Positions 50,853 through 63,872 of a stretch of DNA of 64,000 nt are shown here, piece after piece (positions within the stretch are counted from its first letter, which is position 1; each line of letters begins with the position of its first letter). This stretch comes from Octopus vulgaris (taxonomy: Eukaryota): contig OX597818.1 of NCBI GenBank assembly GCA_951406725.2, forward strand, positions 17,856,001-17,920,000, written 5' to 3'. The notes under the pieces were generated by a model. It worked only from the letters and a program-made list of their open reading frames with translations, was not told the DNA's origin and searched no databases. The translations under genes and the position numbers were made by a program.

Positions 50853-51096
50853 AAGGCTCACTACAGTACACTGAAAAGATGGAAATAACATGTGGGCTTA
50901 CTGTGACCTCTTGGCAGAAACAGTTGTAAGAAACTGCTCTTCTTTCTCTATTCTAGAAATTACTGGTACTTTATATGTAAAACACAATCTTCACACATGT
51001 ATATATATTCTCAGAATTGTTCAAAATAAATAGACATAATATAATGTATAACAGTTGATGCATGCTACCTCTGGATCCCCTCCATTTTCTTCTTGC

Positions 51097-51138
<42 letters not shown>

Positions 51139-51547
51139 AGCACACACAAGAGTTAAGGAATCTTCCATGTGTTAACATGTACTTCCTTGCGACAATGTAA
51201 ACTTTTGTCTAATCAAGATATCCTTGGCCTGACAAGTAGCCTGGGGTATACATCTTGCTTGGATATTGACCACTTCTGAGGTTCCGCTTGCTATGAAACA
51301 TATGTAGCCTGGATCTTATCTACTCCATTCCTTAACTCTTGTATTATTATTTACATACCCGGCAACCCTGTTGCCTATTGTGAAATATTAAAAAGAACTT
51401 TTACTTTGATATAAAAAAAACAAATCCACAACCTTCTATCTCAATAAACCACTATTGTTCCTGAAAGTTGTTTTTTATATTTACGACAGATTGCTTGAAG
51501 CTAACTTTCTTCCTATACCTCGATCCCTGGATCTTATATATATATAC

Positions 51548-51703
51548 ACTCTCGGAGTGGTTGGCGTTAGGAAGGGCATCCAGCTGTAGAAACTTTGCCA
51601 GATAAGACCGGAGCTTGGTGCAGCCTTCTGGCTTCCCAGATCCCCGGTCGAACCGTCCAACCCATGCTAGCATGGAGAACGGACGTTAAACGATGATGAT
51701 GAT
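51548..51703 (+). mobile_element. SINE family C-type 3' fragment with (GAT)n tail
   Basis: GGTTGGCGTTAGGAAGGGCATCCAG...CCCATGCTAGCATGGAGAACGGACGTTAAACGATGATGAT. Confidence 0.75.
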
Positions 51704-51709
51704 ATATAT

Positions 51710-51867
51710 ATACAAAATTTAAAGGACTGACCACTAAAAGTGGACGGTCAATATGCTAGATATAGACGTCAAAATCGCTATTTTCCACGTGGAAAATAGC
51801 GATTTTGACGTCTATATCTAGCATATTGACCGTCCACTTTTAGTGGTCAGTCCTTTAAATTTTGTAT
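51710..51867. repeat. Perfect 158-bp palindrome with no spacer
   Basis: 79-bp arms checked base by base, centre TTTTCCAC|GTGGAAAA. Confidence 0.97.
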
Positions 51868-51954
51868 GTAAAAATATTTTAATCTTCGGATTTTTTAATA
51901 TGCTAGGCCACTGACTTTAATTGATTAATATCAATTTCTACCCTTATTCAATTT

Positions 51955-51985
<31 letters not shown>

Positions 51986-51999
51986 ACATATATATATAT

Positions 52000-52042
<43 letters not shown>

Positions 52043-53448
52043 AGCATATAAGTTGCTTCTGCTGAGTTACTATTAATGTTCTATTTGCCTCAAAGAAACC
52101 GTGGGAATCTGAGTGGGTTTCATGTTGTTATCCCCAATTTATAGCCAAATTGCATCCATTATCAGGAAAATACAAAATATTTCAAATGTTATGCCAATAT
52201 TAAATTTCAACTGCTCTTTTCATTATTGATTGTTTATTTAAAACAATTTTATTTCGAAATTAATTTAATTTAGACTATAGATTGCTGTAATTAATTGTGT
52301 CCAGATGTAGAAGTGGTGATTATTTTAATTGTAAAATTGAAATAAATAACAGTGCCAATAAAGAAGATGGTAAAGTGGCAGAGTTGTTAGAGTGCCTTGA
52401 GTTATTTGCTCTAGTTCAATTCCTACCGAAGTCATCTTTCCCTTTCATCCTTCTAACATCGCTAAATAAAGTACTATTCAAAGCCAATGAGTTCTTTTTA
52501 CTTGTTTCAGTCATTTGATTGCAGCCATGCTGGAGCACCGCCTTAAAACGGGTTTTTAGTTGAAGAAATCGACCCCAGGACTTATTGCTTGTAAGCCGAG
52601 TACTTATTCTATCACTCTCTTTTGCCGAATCGCTAAGTTAGGCAGATGTAAACACACCAACATCAGTTGTCAAGTGATGGTGGAAGGACAAACATAGACA
52701 CAAAAACTTGCCTACACCTACACCTCGAAGAACTTTCAATGTTCAGATCCATCTTCTCATGAGATTTACGAAAACAATATAAACTTAACGAGTCTGATAT
52801 CTACATCCATATTATCTAGGTAAAGATGTGAATTCAGTAATTTTTCTATGTATTTACTGAAAATAGTAATACACTTTCTTTTTTTTTTTTACCAAAATGT
52901 GATATAGTGATATATAAAATATAAACCCCATTAATGTATCTAATGTAACATTAAAGTTTAATGTTAGAAGTCAACATAATTTTGATTTACTTCTTAAATG
53001 TTTTTAAATAGAAATTTTTTGTTGTTTTTCTTACTGAATTTTCACTTAAACCACATGAAACTATGTAAATGTAAATACAATTAGTTTGTGTATATAATAT
53101 TGTAATTTAAAAATGCAATTTTAATTTTACTGGATATCTAGTGATATATAGGAATTACAATTTACGAATAACATTCGTACAAAATACATTACAAAAGATT
53201 CTGAATAGTCTGGTTCATAAAGAGGCCTATTATGAAGGTAACACCAACCCAATTGATACCAATGGTTGAGTTTAGATTCAACCCAGAGAATAAGGCTAGG
53301 AACCACTCTATAGAGGATTGAAATGGAGTTCCTGGTTGAAACAGTCCATAAAACCTCCGACATGATCAACCTTCCAAACGACTCGCAGCTAATTGTGACA
53401 GTGGTTGGCAGGAGGGCTAGGTACCACTTGCATGGTATTAACAACCAC

Positions 53449-53682
53449 AGCAAGCTGGCAGAAATGTTAGCATGCCGGGCGAAATGCTTAGCAGTATTTC
53501 ATCTGCCGTTACGTTGTGAGTTCAAATTCCGCTGAGGTCGACTTTGCCTTTCAACCTTTCGGGGTCAATAAATTAAGTACCAGTTATGCACTGGGGTCAA
53601 TGTAATCGACTTAATATCTATGTCTGTCCTTGTTTGTCCCCTCCATGTTTAGCTCCTTGTGGGTAATAAAGACATAGGTATT
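53449..53682 (+). mobile_element. SINE family B with 15-bp target duplication GGTATTAACAACCAC
   Basis: Identical 15-mers at 53434-53448 and 53677-53691. Confidence 0.9.
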
Positions 53683-53776
53683 AACAACCACTTGAGAGCT
53701 TTCTGACCAAACAGCAAGTAAGAGAAGAAAAACCAGTGCTCCTGCCAACCTCATACTCACATCAGCAGCAACAACA

Positions 53777-54520
53777 GGAGGCGCAATGGCCCAGTGGTTA
53801 GGGCAGCGGACTTGCGGTCGGAGGATCGCAGTTTTGATTCCCAGACTGGGCGTTGTGTGTGTTTATTGAGTGAAAACACCTAAAGATCCACGAGGCTCTG
53901 GCAGGGGGGGGGGGTGACCCCAGTTGTACTCTTTCACTCCAACTTTCTTTCACTCTTTCTTCCTGTTTCTTGTCTCCGACTTCCTACGCAACCGCTGAGC
54001 CTGGATGTGCATTCATCCATCCGTCGATGCTCTCGGTGTCGGGGGTTGATCTGCTTTCTCTTCTGCAGGTCTTATGAATAGAAAAGGACCACGTTTCAGA
54101 CTTCTCCCAAGGACGAAGACCACTTCACTCAACAGCAACAGCAGTGGAGGTGCAATGGCCCAATAGTTAGAGCAGCAGACTCGCGGTTGGAGGATTGCGG
54201 TTTCGATTCCCAGACCGGACGCTGTGTGTGTTTATTGAGTGAAAACACCTAAAGCTCCATGAGGCTTCAGCAGGGGGTGGTGGCGACCCCTGTTGTACTC
54301 TTTTGCTCCAACTTTCTCTCACTCTTTCTTCCTGTTTCTTGTCCCCGACTTCCTATGCAACCGCTGAGCCTGGATGCGTATTCATCCATCCATCGATGCT
54401 CTCGGTGTCGGGGGTTGACCTGCTTTCTCTTCTGCGGGTCTTACGAATAGCAAAGGACCACGTTTCGAACTTCTCCCAAGGACGAAGACCACTTCACTCA
54501 ACAGCAACAGCAGCAACAAC
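53777..54520 (+). mobile_element. Two tandem copies of tRNA-derived SINE family E (starts 53777 and 54146) with CAA/CAG tails
   Basis: GGAGGCGCAATGGCCCAGTGGTTAGGGCAGCGGACT...GGTTTCGATTCCC head; ~370-bp units aligned end to end. Confidence 0.88.
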
Positions 54521-56677
54521 AAGAGGAAGAACAGTAACAACACCAAAAAAAGATCTACAACAGCAACAACAACAGCAGCAGCCATAACAACAGTGACAGC
54601 ACAAGCAGTAGTAATTACAACAGCTGCTACAGAAGCAGCAACAAAATCAACAGACCAAAAATGCTACCACCAACTGCAACAGTAGAAACAGCTGCAACAA
54701 GAACAAAAGCAGCAACAAATGTACCAGAAGCAACAGCAACAACAGTCATAGAATCCCGAGGACAACAAAAACAGGATGTATCACCGAACTTCTTCAAAGT
54801 GTCTTCCAACTTTGTTCTTTTCCCTAACAATACACAAACAGCACATTTGCATAGACATACATCTTCCCGCCTTTGTCTCAGAATTATCTGTTTCAAATAC
54901 TTTGTCATACAAGATGACACAAAAGACTGGACGAATAGGCCCTCGTAAGAAGGAAACACCACCAAATTGAGATTCGTTGAATAAGTATTATTGATTTGGG
55001 TTTCCTCTTAAAGTACAAAGATTTAATTATAGATACATTCGAATTAAATATGAATTTATTTTAGGAGCACATTAGGATCAAAGCAGCTACAATTTTCCTG
55101 GAAAGTGCATTTATTGTTTTAGTCACCAAAAAATAATTATTGATGCATTTAATTTTCATTTTTGATTTCTAAAAAATATATTGTCTGCTTATTTAAAAAA
55201 TAATGATTTTGTGAATGAAAAATTTTGATTATGATTGAATATTTAGGCTGACCATTAATAAATCTGAAGTCCAAATTCACCGTTCATGAAGTAGTGAGAT
55301 TGAATTAAGTTAACAGTGATAACTTGGATTTACAATAATATACACCAATATTGCTGCAGCTAAGGTGGAGGACTGGCAGAATCATTAGAACTTGGAGAGA
55401 ATGCTTTACGGTTTCTGTTCTAACTCTCTGTGGTTTGAGTTCAAATCCAGCCAAAGGTAACTTTGCTTTTCATTCTCTCGGGGTCGATAAGATGCTTTGC
55501 TCTATCTGGTTTGGTTATTTGCAATCTGATAGCAATGCTTGCAACAACGCTGATGCTAAACCGTATCAACACAAATCAGTGCCTTTCCTATGGATAAACA
55601 TCGGTAGCATGGGAAGGCGAGACTTGCATACATGGGCAACTACCAGTCTTCCTAAAAATTTTACATGTGCAGATGTGCAAACTTTAACAGAACACAGTGA
55701 ACACTATCATGTAGAATTTTCCACAAAAGGTAGTTGTCATTAGGTTTGTTTTTGTTCTTTTGGATGTTCCATAATCGTGCATTTGGTATAAGATACATTC
55801 AGACATATGCTATTATTAGCACCGCTTATAGTGGTGACCTGGTAGAACCGTTAGTATACCAAACAAAATGCTTAGCAGCATTTGGTCAATCTTTATGTTA
55901 TGAGTTCAAATTCCATCAAAATTGACTTTACCTTTCATTCTTTCTGGATCAATAAAATAAATACCAGCTGAGTACTGGGATCGATGTAATAGACTACCCC
56001 CTCCCCACAAATTTCAGGCCTTGAACACCGAGAAAGATATGATGGACCTCCACTGTTTGAAACCATTAATACCACTGCTGTTAATATAGAGAAATGTATT
56101 CACAATATGAATATCTTATATATTTTATTTGATAAACTAACCTAGCCTAATCTAACCTAACCTTCCATTAACTATCATTATGTTAGGTTAGGGTGAGGTA
56201 CGGTTAGATTGGTAATTTACAGACTTTTACCATTATATATTTTTACCAAATTAATGTTTGATTTTCCAATTAATATTGATGGCAGAATTCATATTTTTAT
56301 TAAGTTAAAGCAAAAAGTTAAAGCACACAAATATGAAAAGTTTTTTAAATATATATTTTTTCAGTTTCTTTTTTTAAATATTTTACATGAGACTGAAGTT
56401 GTTATCTTGAATTTGCGGCGGTGAAGAGAAAAAGGGTGAAAAGGGGTTTTTTAGGTTAAGCGGGAGTTATTTGAAGTTTTTTTTTTTTAAATGCTGTACC
56501 TATTAGTGTTCAGTGAATTCTGTATTTTAATTAGATAAAAAAACATTCTAGTTATAGTAATTGCAATTTCAGCATTCCTCAATTGTAAACCAATCTTATT
56601 AACAAGCCCTTGTAATGAGTGGAATATTAATGATGAAAATAGTAAAGATTGAGAAAGCCAGCTCAATTGATTTATGT

Positions 56678-56797
<120 letters not shown>

Positions 56798-56935
56798 TTT
56801 ATGTATTTGTTTTGCAAAATTCTTGATGTGAAATCATGTGCTGAAACAGATATTGTTATACTTGGGAATGGTCATATTTTGCCAATTAAACACACACTAT
56901 TATTTGGTCTTTAGTTTAGCTTTATAATAATTAGC

Positions 56936-58696
56936 AAGAAACAAGGCTCCGGGAAAAGATGGCATCCCCTCAGAGATCATCAAAGCCGGCAAAAACACCA
57001 TCCTGCTTCGGCACCTTCATGAGCTTCTGTGTCAGTGCTGGGAAGAGGGTACAGTCCCTCAGGATATGCGGGATGCTAACATCATTACGCTTTACAAAAA
57101 CAAAGGTGACCGTGGTGATTGTAACAATTACCGTGGAATATCTCTTCTAAGCACTGTTGGAAAGACCTTTGCCCGCGTTATCCTGGCCAGGCTACAACTA
57201 CTTGCTTCTCGAATCTATCCGGAATCACAGTGTGGCTTTAGAAGAAGCAGATCAACTATCGATATGATATTCTCCATACGCCAACTTCAGGAGAAGTCCA
57301 GAGAGCAGAGAATGCCATTATATATGGCCTTCATTGATCTAACAAAGGCCTTTGACTCGGTAAGCAGAACAGGCCTCTTCACCCTGCTCCAAAAATCGGA
57401 TGTCCACCAAAGCTGCTGAGGATCATCAAGTCTTTCCATGATGACATGCAAGGCACCATACAGCACAACGGTTCAACATCAGCCGCCTTCCAAATAAAAA
57501 ACGGGGTAAAGCAAGGTTGTGTCCTCGCTCCTACAATGTTTGGCATCTTCTTCTCGCTCTTACTCTCACATGCCTTTCAGACATCAGATGATGGAGTGTT
57601 TCTGCACAGTAGAAGTGACGGGAAACTGTTCAATCTCTCGCGCCTGCGTGCCAAGACCAAAACCAGAAATGTCCTGATCAAGGAGATGCTATTTGCTGAT
57701 GATGCCGCTCTGGTATCACACACAGAAGAAGCCCTCCAAAGGCTCATTAACTGTTTTGAGCAAGCATGTAACGACTTTGGCTTAGCTATCAGCCTTAAGA
57801 AGACCAGCATCATGGGTCAGGCTACATCGGACATCCCAAACATACATATTGGAGACCACAGATTACAAGAGGTGGAGAAGTTTACCTATCTGGGCTCTAC
57901 CGTCACCTACAACCTATCCCTCGACGCTGAGCTCAATATACGCATTGGCAAGGCAGCTGCTGCGATGGCCCAACTCTCCAAACGGGCTTGGGACAACAAT
58001 AAGCTGACCAAGACCACGAAAATGAAGATCTACCAGGCATGTGTACTTAGCACTCTACTGTATGGAAGTGAGACTTGGATGCTATACACATGCCAAGAGC
58101 GTCGCTTAAACATCTTTCACCTGCACTGCCTCCGGAAAATCCTCCGCATCAAATGGCAGAACCATATCCCCAACAAAGATGTCCTCAGGCAAGCAGGAAT
58201 ACCAAGCATGTTTACACTCCTCACACAAAGACGTATGAGATGGCTTGGGCATGTTAGCCGTATGAAAGATGGCAGAATCCCCAAGGACATACTCTACGGA
58301 GAGCTTGCTAGAGGTACTAGGTCTGTGGGTAGACCACTCTTACGTTACAAGGATGTTTGCAAAAGGGACATGAAGGCCTGCAACATCAATATTAGCGGTT
58401 GGGAGGCAGTTGCCGGCAACCGTGGAGACTGGCGACGTACCGTAAAAGAGGGAATACAAAGGAGTGACAGAGAGAGAGAGAGGAGAGAAAAGACGTCAAC
58501 AAGAAACTATGGCATTACAACCAGCCAGGAACAGTCTTCGCTACATTTGCGGTACCTGCCAGAGGGAGTGTTTGTCCAGGATAGGACTACACAGCCACAG
58601 CAGGAAATGTATCAGGACATGAAATGTAAAAGCCGGACTAGACTACTTTATGCGCAACTCCATTGTCTCCCGAGACAAAAAAGGATGCCAACCAAC

Positions 58697-58697
<1 letters not shown>
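56936..58697 (+). mobile_element. RTE-clade (BovB-like) LINE, 5'-truncated, two frameshifts
   Basis: KAPGKDGIP, NYRGISLLS, PESQCGFR, FIDLTKAFD, GVKQGCVLAP, LFADD, LLYGSETW, RWLGHV; C-terminal C2H2-like ICGTC..CLSRIGLHSH in a shifted frame; frameshifts near 57395 and 58480. Confidence 0.95.
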
Positions 58698-58739
<42 letters not shown>

Positions 58740-58749
58740 GTTATTATTA

Positions 58750-58797
<48 letters not shown>

Positions 58798-59104
58798 TAT
58801 CAGATGAGTGAGAAACTGTGCCTGAGTAAGAAGAGAGATTAAAGACAGTGAGGATGAGAAGAACAGAGTCTGACGTGGCAAACTGACAACGTTTCTGTAA
58901 TTCACACTAACACTCTTACTCAACTACTACTCTATTGAAACTCTCATTCTCTCTACATCTCTTTTCTTGAATCATCCCTATTTTGCTCTCAGGAGACCTC
59001 GGACCAGGATATTTTCCATTCATGAATTATTCTTGGCTACATCTGGATCTCCTTGGGAAATTTGATAAATATTCATTAAGAAATGGTGACGTTGTTTCAA
59101 GCGC

Positions 59105-59148
<44 letters not shown>

Positions 59149-59389
59149 ACACACTCACATATGCACACACACACACACACACACACACACCCACACACAA
59201 ACTCGTGTGCTCACATATGCACATACATTAGGTGGTACGAGGCAGAGTAAAACGGTCGAAGGCTTATCACAGAAAGAATATCTTACCCTTGTGTTCTGTT
59301 TGTTTTCTGGGTTTATACATATGTACATATATACATAAATACACACAGATATGTATATATATATATATGTATGTATCTATGTAAGTGTT

Positions 59390-59427
<38 letters not shown>

Positions 59428-59458
59428 TATATATACATATATATGTACATATATATCT

Positions 59459-59701
59459 CGTTACTATTATGCAAAAGTGTAAGAAGTCCAAAACGTTGCT
59501 TTTTCAGAAAACGAAAAAATAGTTTCACCATTCCATAGCAAAACCATTGTACTACACTGACAATTTTTGATATCTTGTCATCTGAAGCAGCTGGAGATAC
59601 GATAGTTTGACCAAAAGAACTGGCTATTGCAAGCAAAAATAAATATTGAAAGACGTATTTGGCCAAATTTGGACATACGAGAATTTAACATAATAGCAAT
59701 G
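59459..59701. mobile_element. ~245-bp MITE in a TA microsatellite (copy 1)
   Basis: Short TIRs CGTTACTATTATG...CATAATAGCAATG; homologous to 60946-61192. Confidence 0.75.
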
Positions 59702-59765
59702 TAAATAATAAATGATTTATGTATGTATGTATGTATGTATGTATGTATGTATGTATGTATGTATG

Positions 59766-59796
<31 letters not shown>

Positions 59797-59998
59797 GAGT
59801 TATTAGTGAGGAATTATCAATCTGGGCAAAATACTTTCTAAGCTGTCTGTTAGTACACCAGGCTAATGATATTGTTTAGATTAGTGAAGAACTCTGCGGA
59901 TTCTTGTGACTGGGTCTGAGGTTATAGTTCATCACACTTGTATATAGTAAATCCTTCACTGTGTTTCAGTTATACTGGTTTTTAACACAGAGCATATA

Positions 59999-60918
59999 CA
60001 AGACAAGGCATAATTAATGGTAATTACATATTTTCATTTACTGTAATAAATTTGACTTACAGATGTTTCCATTAATCATTATAGGTTCATTATTGATAAG
60101 TTTACTCAATCAGCCGACTGATCCATTGCAAACAAATTGAACAACATAGAAAGTTAATTAAAAAATTACCATTTTCAAATCTCACAACATGAGATATTCA
60201 GTAACAGTACTTTGAAGTAAAGATTGTTTGCCAACATAACATGGCAGTCCTGGTTTAAGACTAATGTTGCTGTAATTTAGCCCCAGGAGACATCATCTCC
60301 AGCTGGCTATATGACACAATCTGTGTCTTTATATTTTCGAACCATGGTATTTAGCACCCCCACTCAGCTCAGATATTGTTTTGAGCTGAGTGGAGATGCT
60401 ATATTCCCTTGTTCGAAAAATATAAGGACACAGATCATGTTGTATAGCCAGCCGGAGACAATGTCTCCTGGGGCTAAATTACAGCAACATTAGTCCTAAA
60501 CCAGGACTGCCATGTTATGTTGGCAAACAATCTTTACTAGAAAGTTAATGTTACTGTTGTCAGAGTCATTTCTCGCTATAACCAAGCAGAACACTAAAAG
60601 AATGACACAGGCAAGGTGACAGGGGGCGAAGGGAGGCAACTTACTTTATACTTCTTCTTATTGCTTCTCTTCACTCCCCTCCCTATGCCTGTACAATTCA
60701 CTCAATGTCCCCCCCCCACACCTGCTCACAACCAGGAATGACTCTCAAGAAAAGTAGCATTAACTTTCTAGGTTCCACAATTTTTCTCAACCGATCAGTC
60801 GGTTGATTGAGTAAAGCTATCAATAATGAACCTATAATGACTAATGGAAACATCTGTAAGTCAAATTTATTACAATAAAGAAAAAATATTTAATGACCAT
60901 TATTTATGCATTGTCTTG
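59999..60918. mobile_element. 920-bp nested foldback element flanked by TA
   Basis: Outer ~150-bp inverted arms starting CAAGACAA and an inner ~160-bp-arm hairpin at 60216-60538. Confidence 0.88.
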
Positions 60919-60945
60919 TATATATATATATATATATATATATGT

Positions 60946-61192
60946 TGTCGCTATTATGCAAAAGTGTTGTAAGTCCAAAACATTGCTTTTTCAGAAAACG
61001 AAAAATTAGTTTCACCATTCCATAGCAAAACCGGTTTACTACACTTTGATAAATTTTGATATCTTGTCATCAGAAGCAGCTGGAGATAGGATAGTTTGAG
61101 CAAAAGAACCGGCTATTGCAAGCAAAAATAAATATTGAAAGAAACGCATTTGACCAAATTTGGACATACTACAGTTTAACATAATAGCAATG
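60946..61192. mobile_element. ~245-bp MITE (copy 2, same orientation)
   Basis: Aligns along its full length with 59459-59701. Confidence 0.75.
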
Positions 61193-61297
61193 CTATATAT
61201 ATGTGTGTGTGTGTGTGTGTATGTATGTATATATGTATGTAGATGTATGTATGCATATATGTAAGTATATATACATGTGTGTGTGTATATATATGTA

Positions 61298-62570
61298 TTG
61301 GGTCATCCCATAAATAAAGCAGTTTTTTCAATTTCACGAATTAAAAGTTGGAGGGGGGATGGGATAAACTACCTGCATCAACTTGCTATAAAAGCAGGTA
61401 GTAATTTTACATTGTCCTTATTCTTAGTGCAAGTTTTGAAGAGTGCAATTCGATTTTAACAGTTATTTTTTCAAAGAAGTGACAAAGGAGTATATTTGGC
61501 ATATTTTGCTTTATGATTTCAATAAAGGCAGCAACACAACAGAAAGTGCAAGGAATATTAATGCAGTATATGGGGATCGGACAATAAGCGTAAACCAGTA
61601 TCAAAGGTGGTTCCAGAAATTCCGAGCCAGAAACTACAGCCTAGAAGATGAGCCTCATCCTGGAAGATCTGTAGAGCTCGACAAGAACGTCCTGAAAACC
61701 CTGGTGGAACAAAATCCTATTGTAACTTGAGGAACTAGCAGAGAAGCTTGGATTTGGTCATTCAACGATTTATCAACACCTGCATGCCATCAGAAGTCAG
61801 CAAATTGGGTCAATGGGTTCCTCACAAACTTTCCGAGACTAATCACGTGCAGAGAGTGAATGTGTGCTCTTCTTTGCTTTCACATCTCACCATGAATGAA
61901 CCTTTCTTTGACCGAATAATGACTGGTGACAAGAAATGGGTTCTCTATAAAAATTTTAAGCACCGAAGATAGTGGGTAGGGAAAGGAGAAACAACGGCAC
62001 GCCATGCTAAAGGTCTTCACTCACGTAAGGTGTTGTTATCTGTTTGGTGGGATATGAAAGGTTTAGTCCAATTTGAACTTTTAAACCCAAACCAAATGAT
62101 AACAAAGGAGATTTACTGCGAGTAACTTGAGCGGCTTAAGTCAGTGCTAGAAGGAAAACAGCCATCTTTGCTTTCAAGATGAAAGGTATTCTTCCATCAG
62201 GATAATGCTTGGTCACATACAGCGAGGATGACATTCCAAAGGCTGGAGCAGTCTGAATGGGAAACGATGCCCCACCTACCATATTTGCCAGGCATTGCCC
62301 CATCAGATTATCATTTAAACCCACAGTCTTCAAAATCATTTGGCCAGAAGAAATATGAATTCTGTAGACGAGGTCAGAACAGTACTGGAGGAGTATTTTT
62401 CGTCAATGACAAGTGAATTTTGGAAGAGGGGCCTTGCAAGTCTACAAGATAGATGGAAGAGCATTGTAGAAAATGAAGGAGAGTATATTTTAGATTAAAA
62501 AAGAACTTTATTTATCTTAATTTTGAAAAATAAAAGTACAAAAAACCGTATTATTTATAGGATGACCCAA
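61298..62570 (+). mobile_element. Full-length defective mariner transposon (1273 bp)
   Basis: TA-TTGGGTCATCCCATAAATAA...TTATTTATAGGATGACCCAA-TA; transposase motifs HILLYDFNKG, QRWFQKF, WVPHKL, IMTGDKKW, SVWWD, HQDNA, IAPSDYHL with stops and frameshifts. Confidence 0.95.
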
Positions 62571-62731
62571 TATATATATGTATGTGTGTGTGTGTGTCTG
62601 TGTATATTGTGTGTATTTGTGTATGTGTGTATATGTGTGTGCATACGTATACATACAACTGAACGAAGAACAATACTGGATGAGTATATTGAATGGAAAC
62701 GTCTACAAACGACTCTCACAGTAACAGATTG

Positions 62732-62805
<74 letters not shown>

Positions 62806-62995
62806 ATATGTCTTTCTGTTTTTGTATTTCTGTCTTTCTTTTCTGTGTTTCTTTTTTGTTAAAGCTGTTTTATACTTTTTCTTTTTTTCTTCCTCCTTTT
62901 TTTGTCTCTTTCTCTTTGCTGTGCTGTTGCATTCTTCTTTTCTATTCTTTTCTATATTTCTGAAAAGGTTTTGTAACATCCAGGAGAATAAAACG

Positions 62996-63156
62996 ATGTG
63001 ATGATGATGATGATGATGATGATAATGATGATGATGATGATGATGATGATGATAATGATGATGATGATGATGATAGACTTGTTGATAAAAAGGAAAACAA
63101 AATAACAGAAATTGAGAAGAGGCAAATATCTTAGTGGTAGTAGTAGTAGCAGCAGC

Positions 63157-63195
<39 letters not shown>

Positions 63196-63872
63196 TGTTG
63201 TTGTTGTTATTGTAGTATGAACAGTTATTATAGTTCTTTGTGTCATGTTAAAACACTCTCCCTTCAGACATGCTCATTGACACACACACATACACACACA
63301 CACACATCCCCCCCACACACACTGACTCATACACAACGACATAAATATATATATATGCTGTATATTCATATATGCTGTACATATATATATATATATATAT
63401 GCACACTCAAATATATAAAATATATATATGTTTGTATGGCACTGTATGTGTTTGTGAGTATGTGAGTGTGTATGTGGGGGGAGCATCTCTCTCTCTCTCT
63501 GCATATATATATATATATATATATATACAGATTCTAGATCAATAGTATTGATTGATAAACGCTGTTAAAATATATTGAAGCAATAGGTCAGTGAATTTGG
63601 TGTAGAGGGCAGTGTTGTAGCTTATTCTTTCAGTGACTCCAGACAGTCGATACTGGCCATGCTGGGGCACTGCCAAAATTTATTATAACTAGTTCTTGCA
63701 TCTCTCTCAAAGTGGTGATGTTGATGTAATGACCAAAACGATGGTGGCGGCAGTGGCGATAAGTAGTAGTGGTGGTGGTGGTGGTGGTTGTGGTGGTGGT
63801 GGTGGTAGTGATGGTGGTGGTGGTGGTGGTGGTGATGGTGGTGGTGGTGGTGATGGTGGTGGTGGTGGTGAC
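62996..63872. repeat. Compound trinucleotide and dinucleotide microsatellites (GAT, GTA, GTT, TA, CA, GGT)
   Basis: Directly visible; source of the poly-His/Thr/Gly/Ser ORFs. Confidence 0.9.

Larger units (their letters stand above)
53130..54960 (+). mobile_element. Decayed L1/Tx1-like ORF1 region interrupted by three SINEs
   Basis: LIVTVVGRRARYHLHGINNH|LRAF resembles a degenerate CCHC knuckle like that at ~43660, followed by Thr/Ala/Gln-rich low-complexity sequence; boundaries uncertain. Confidence 0.45.

Noticed and set aside
53777-53850. tRNA genes here and at 7955-8028
   Set aside because: A and B boxes are present but acceptor stems are not formed and each continues into a repeated SINE body.
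59313-59666. Signal-peptide-like ORF MAKYVFQYLFLLAIASSFGQ
   Set aside because: Lies within a MITE, starts at TTG, runs into a TA microsatellite, and the sister copy has early stops.
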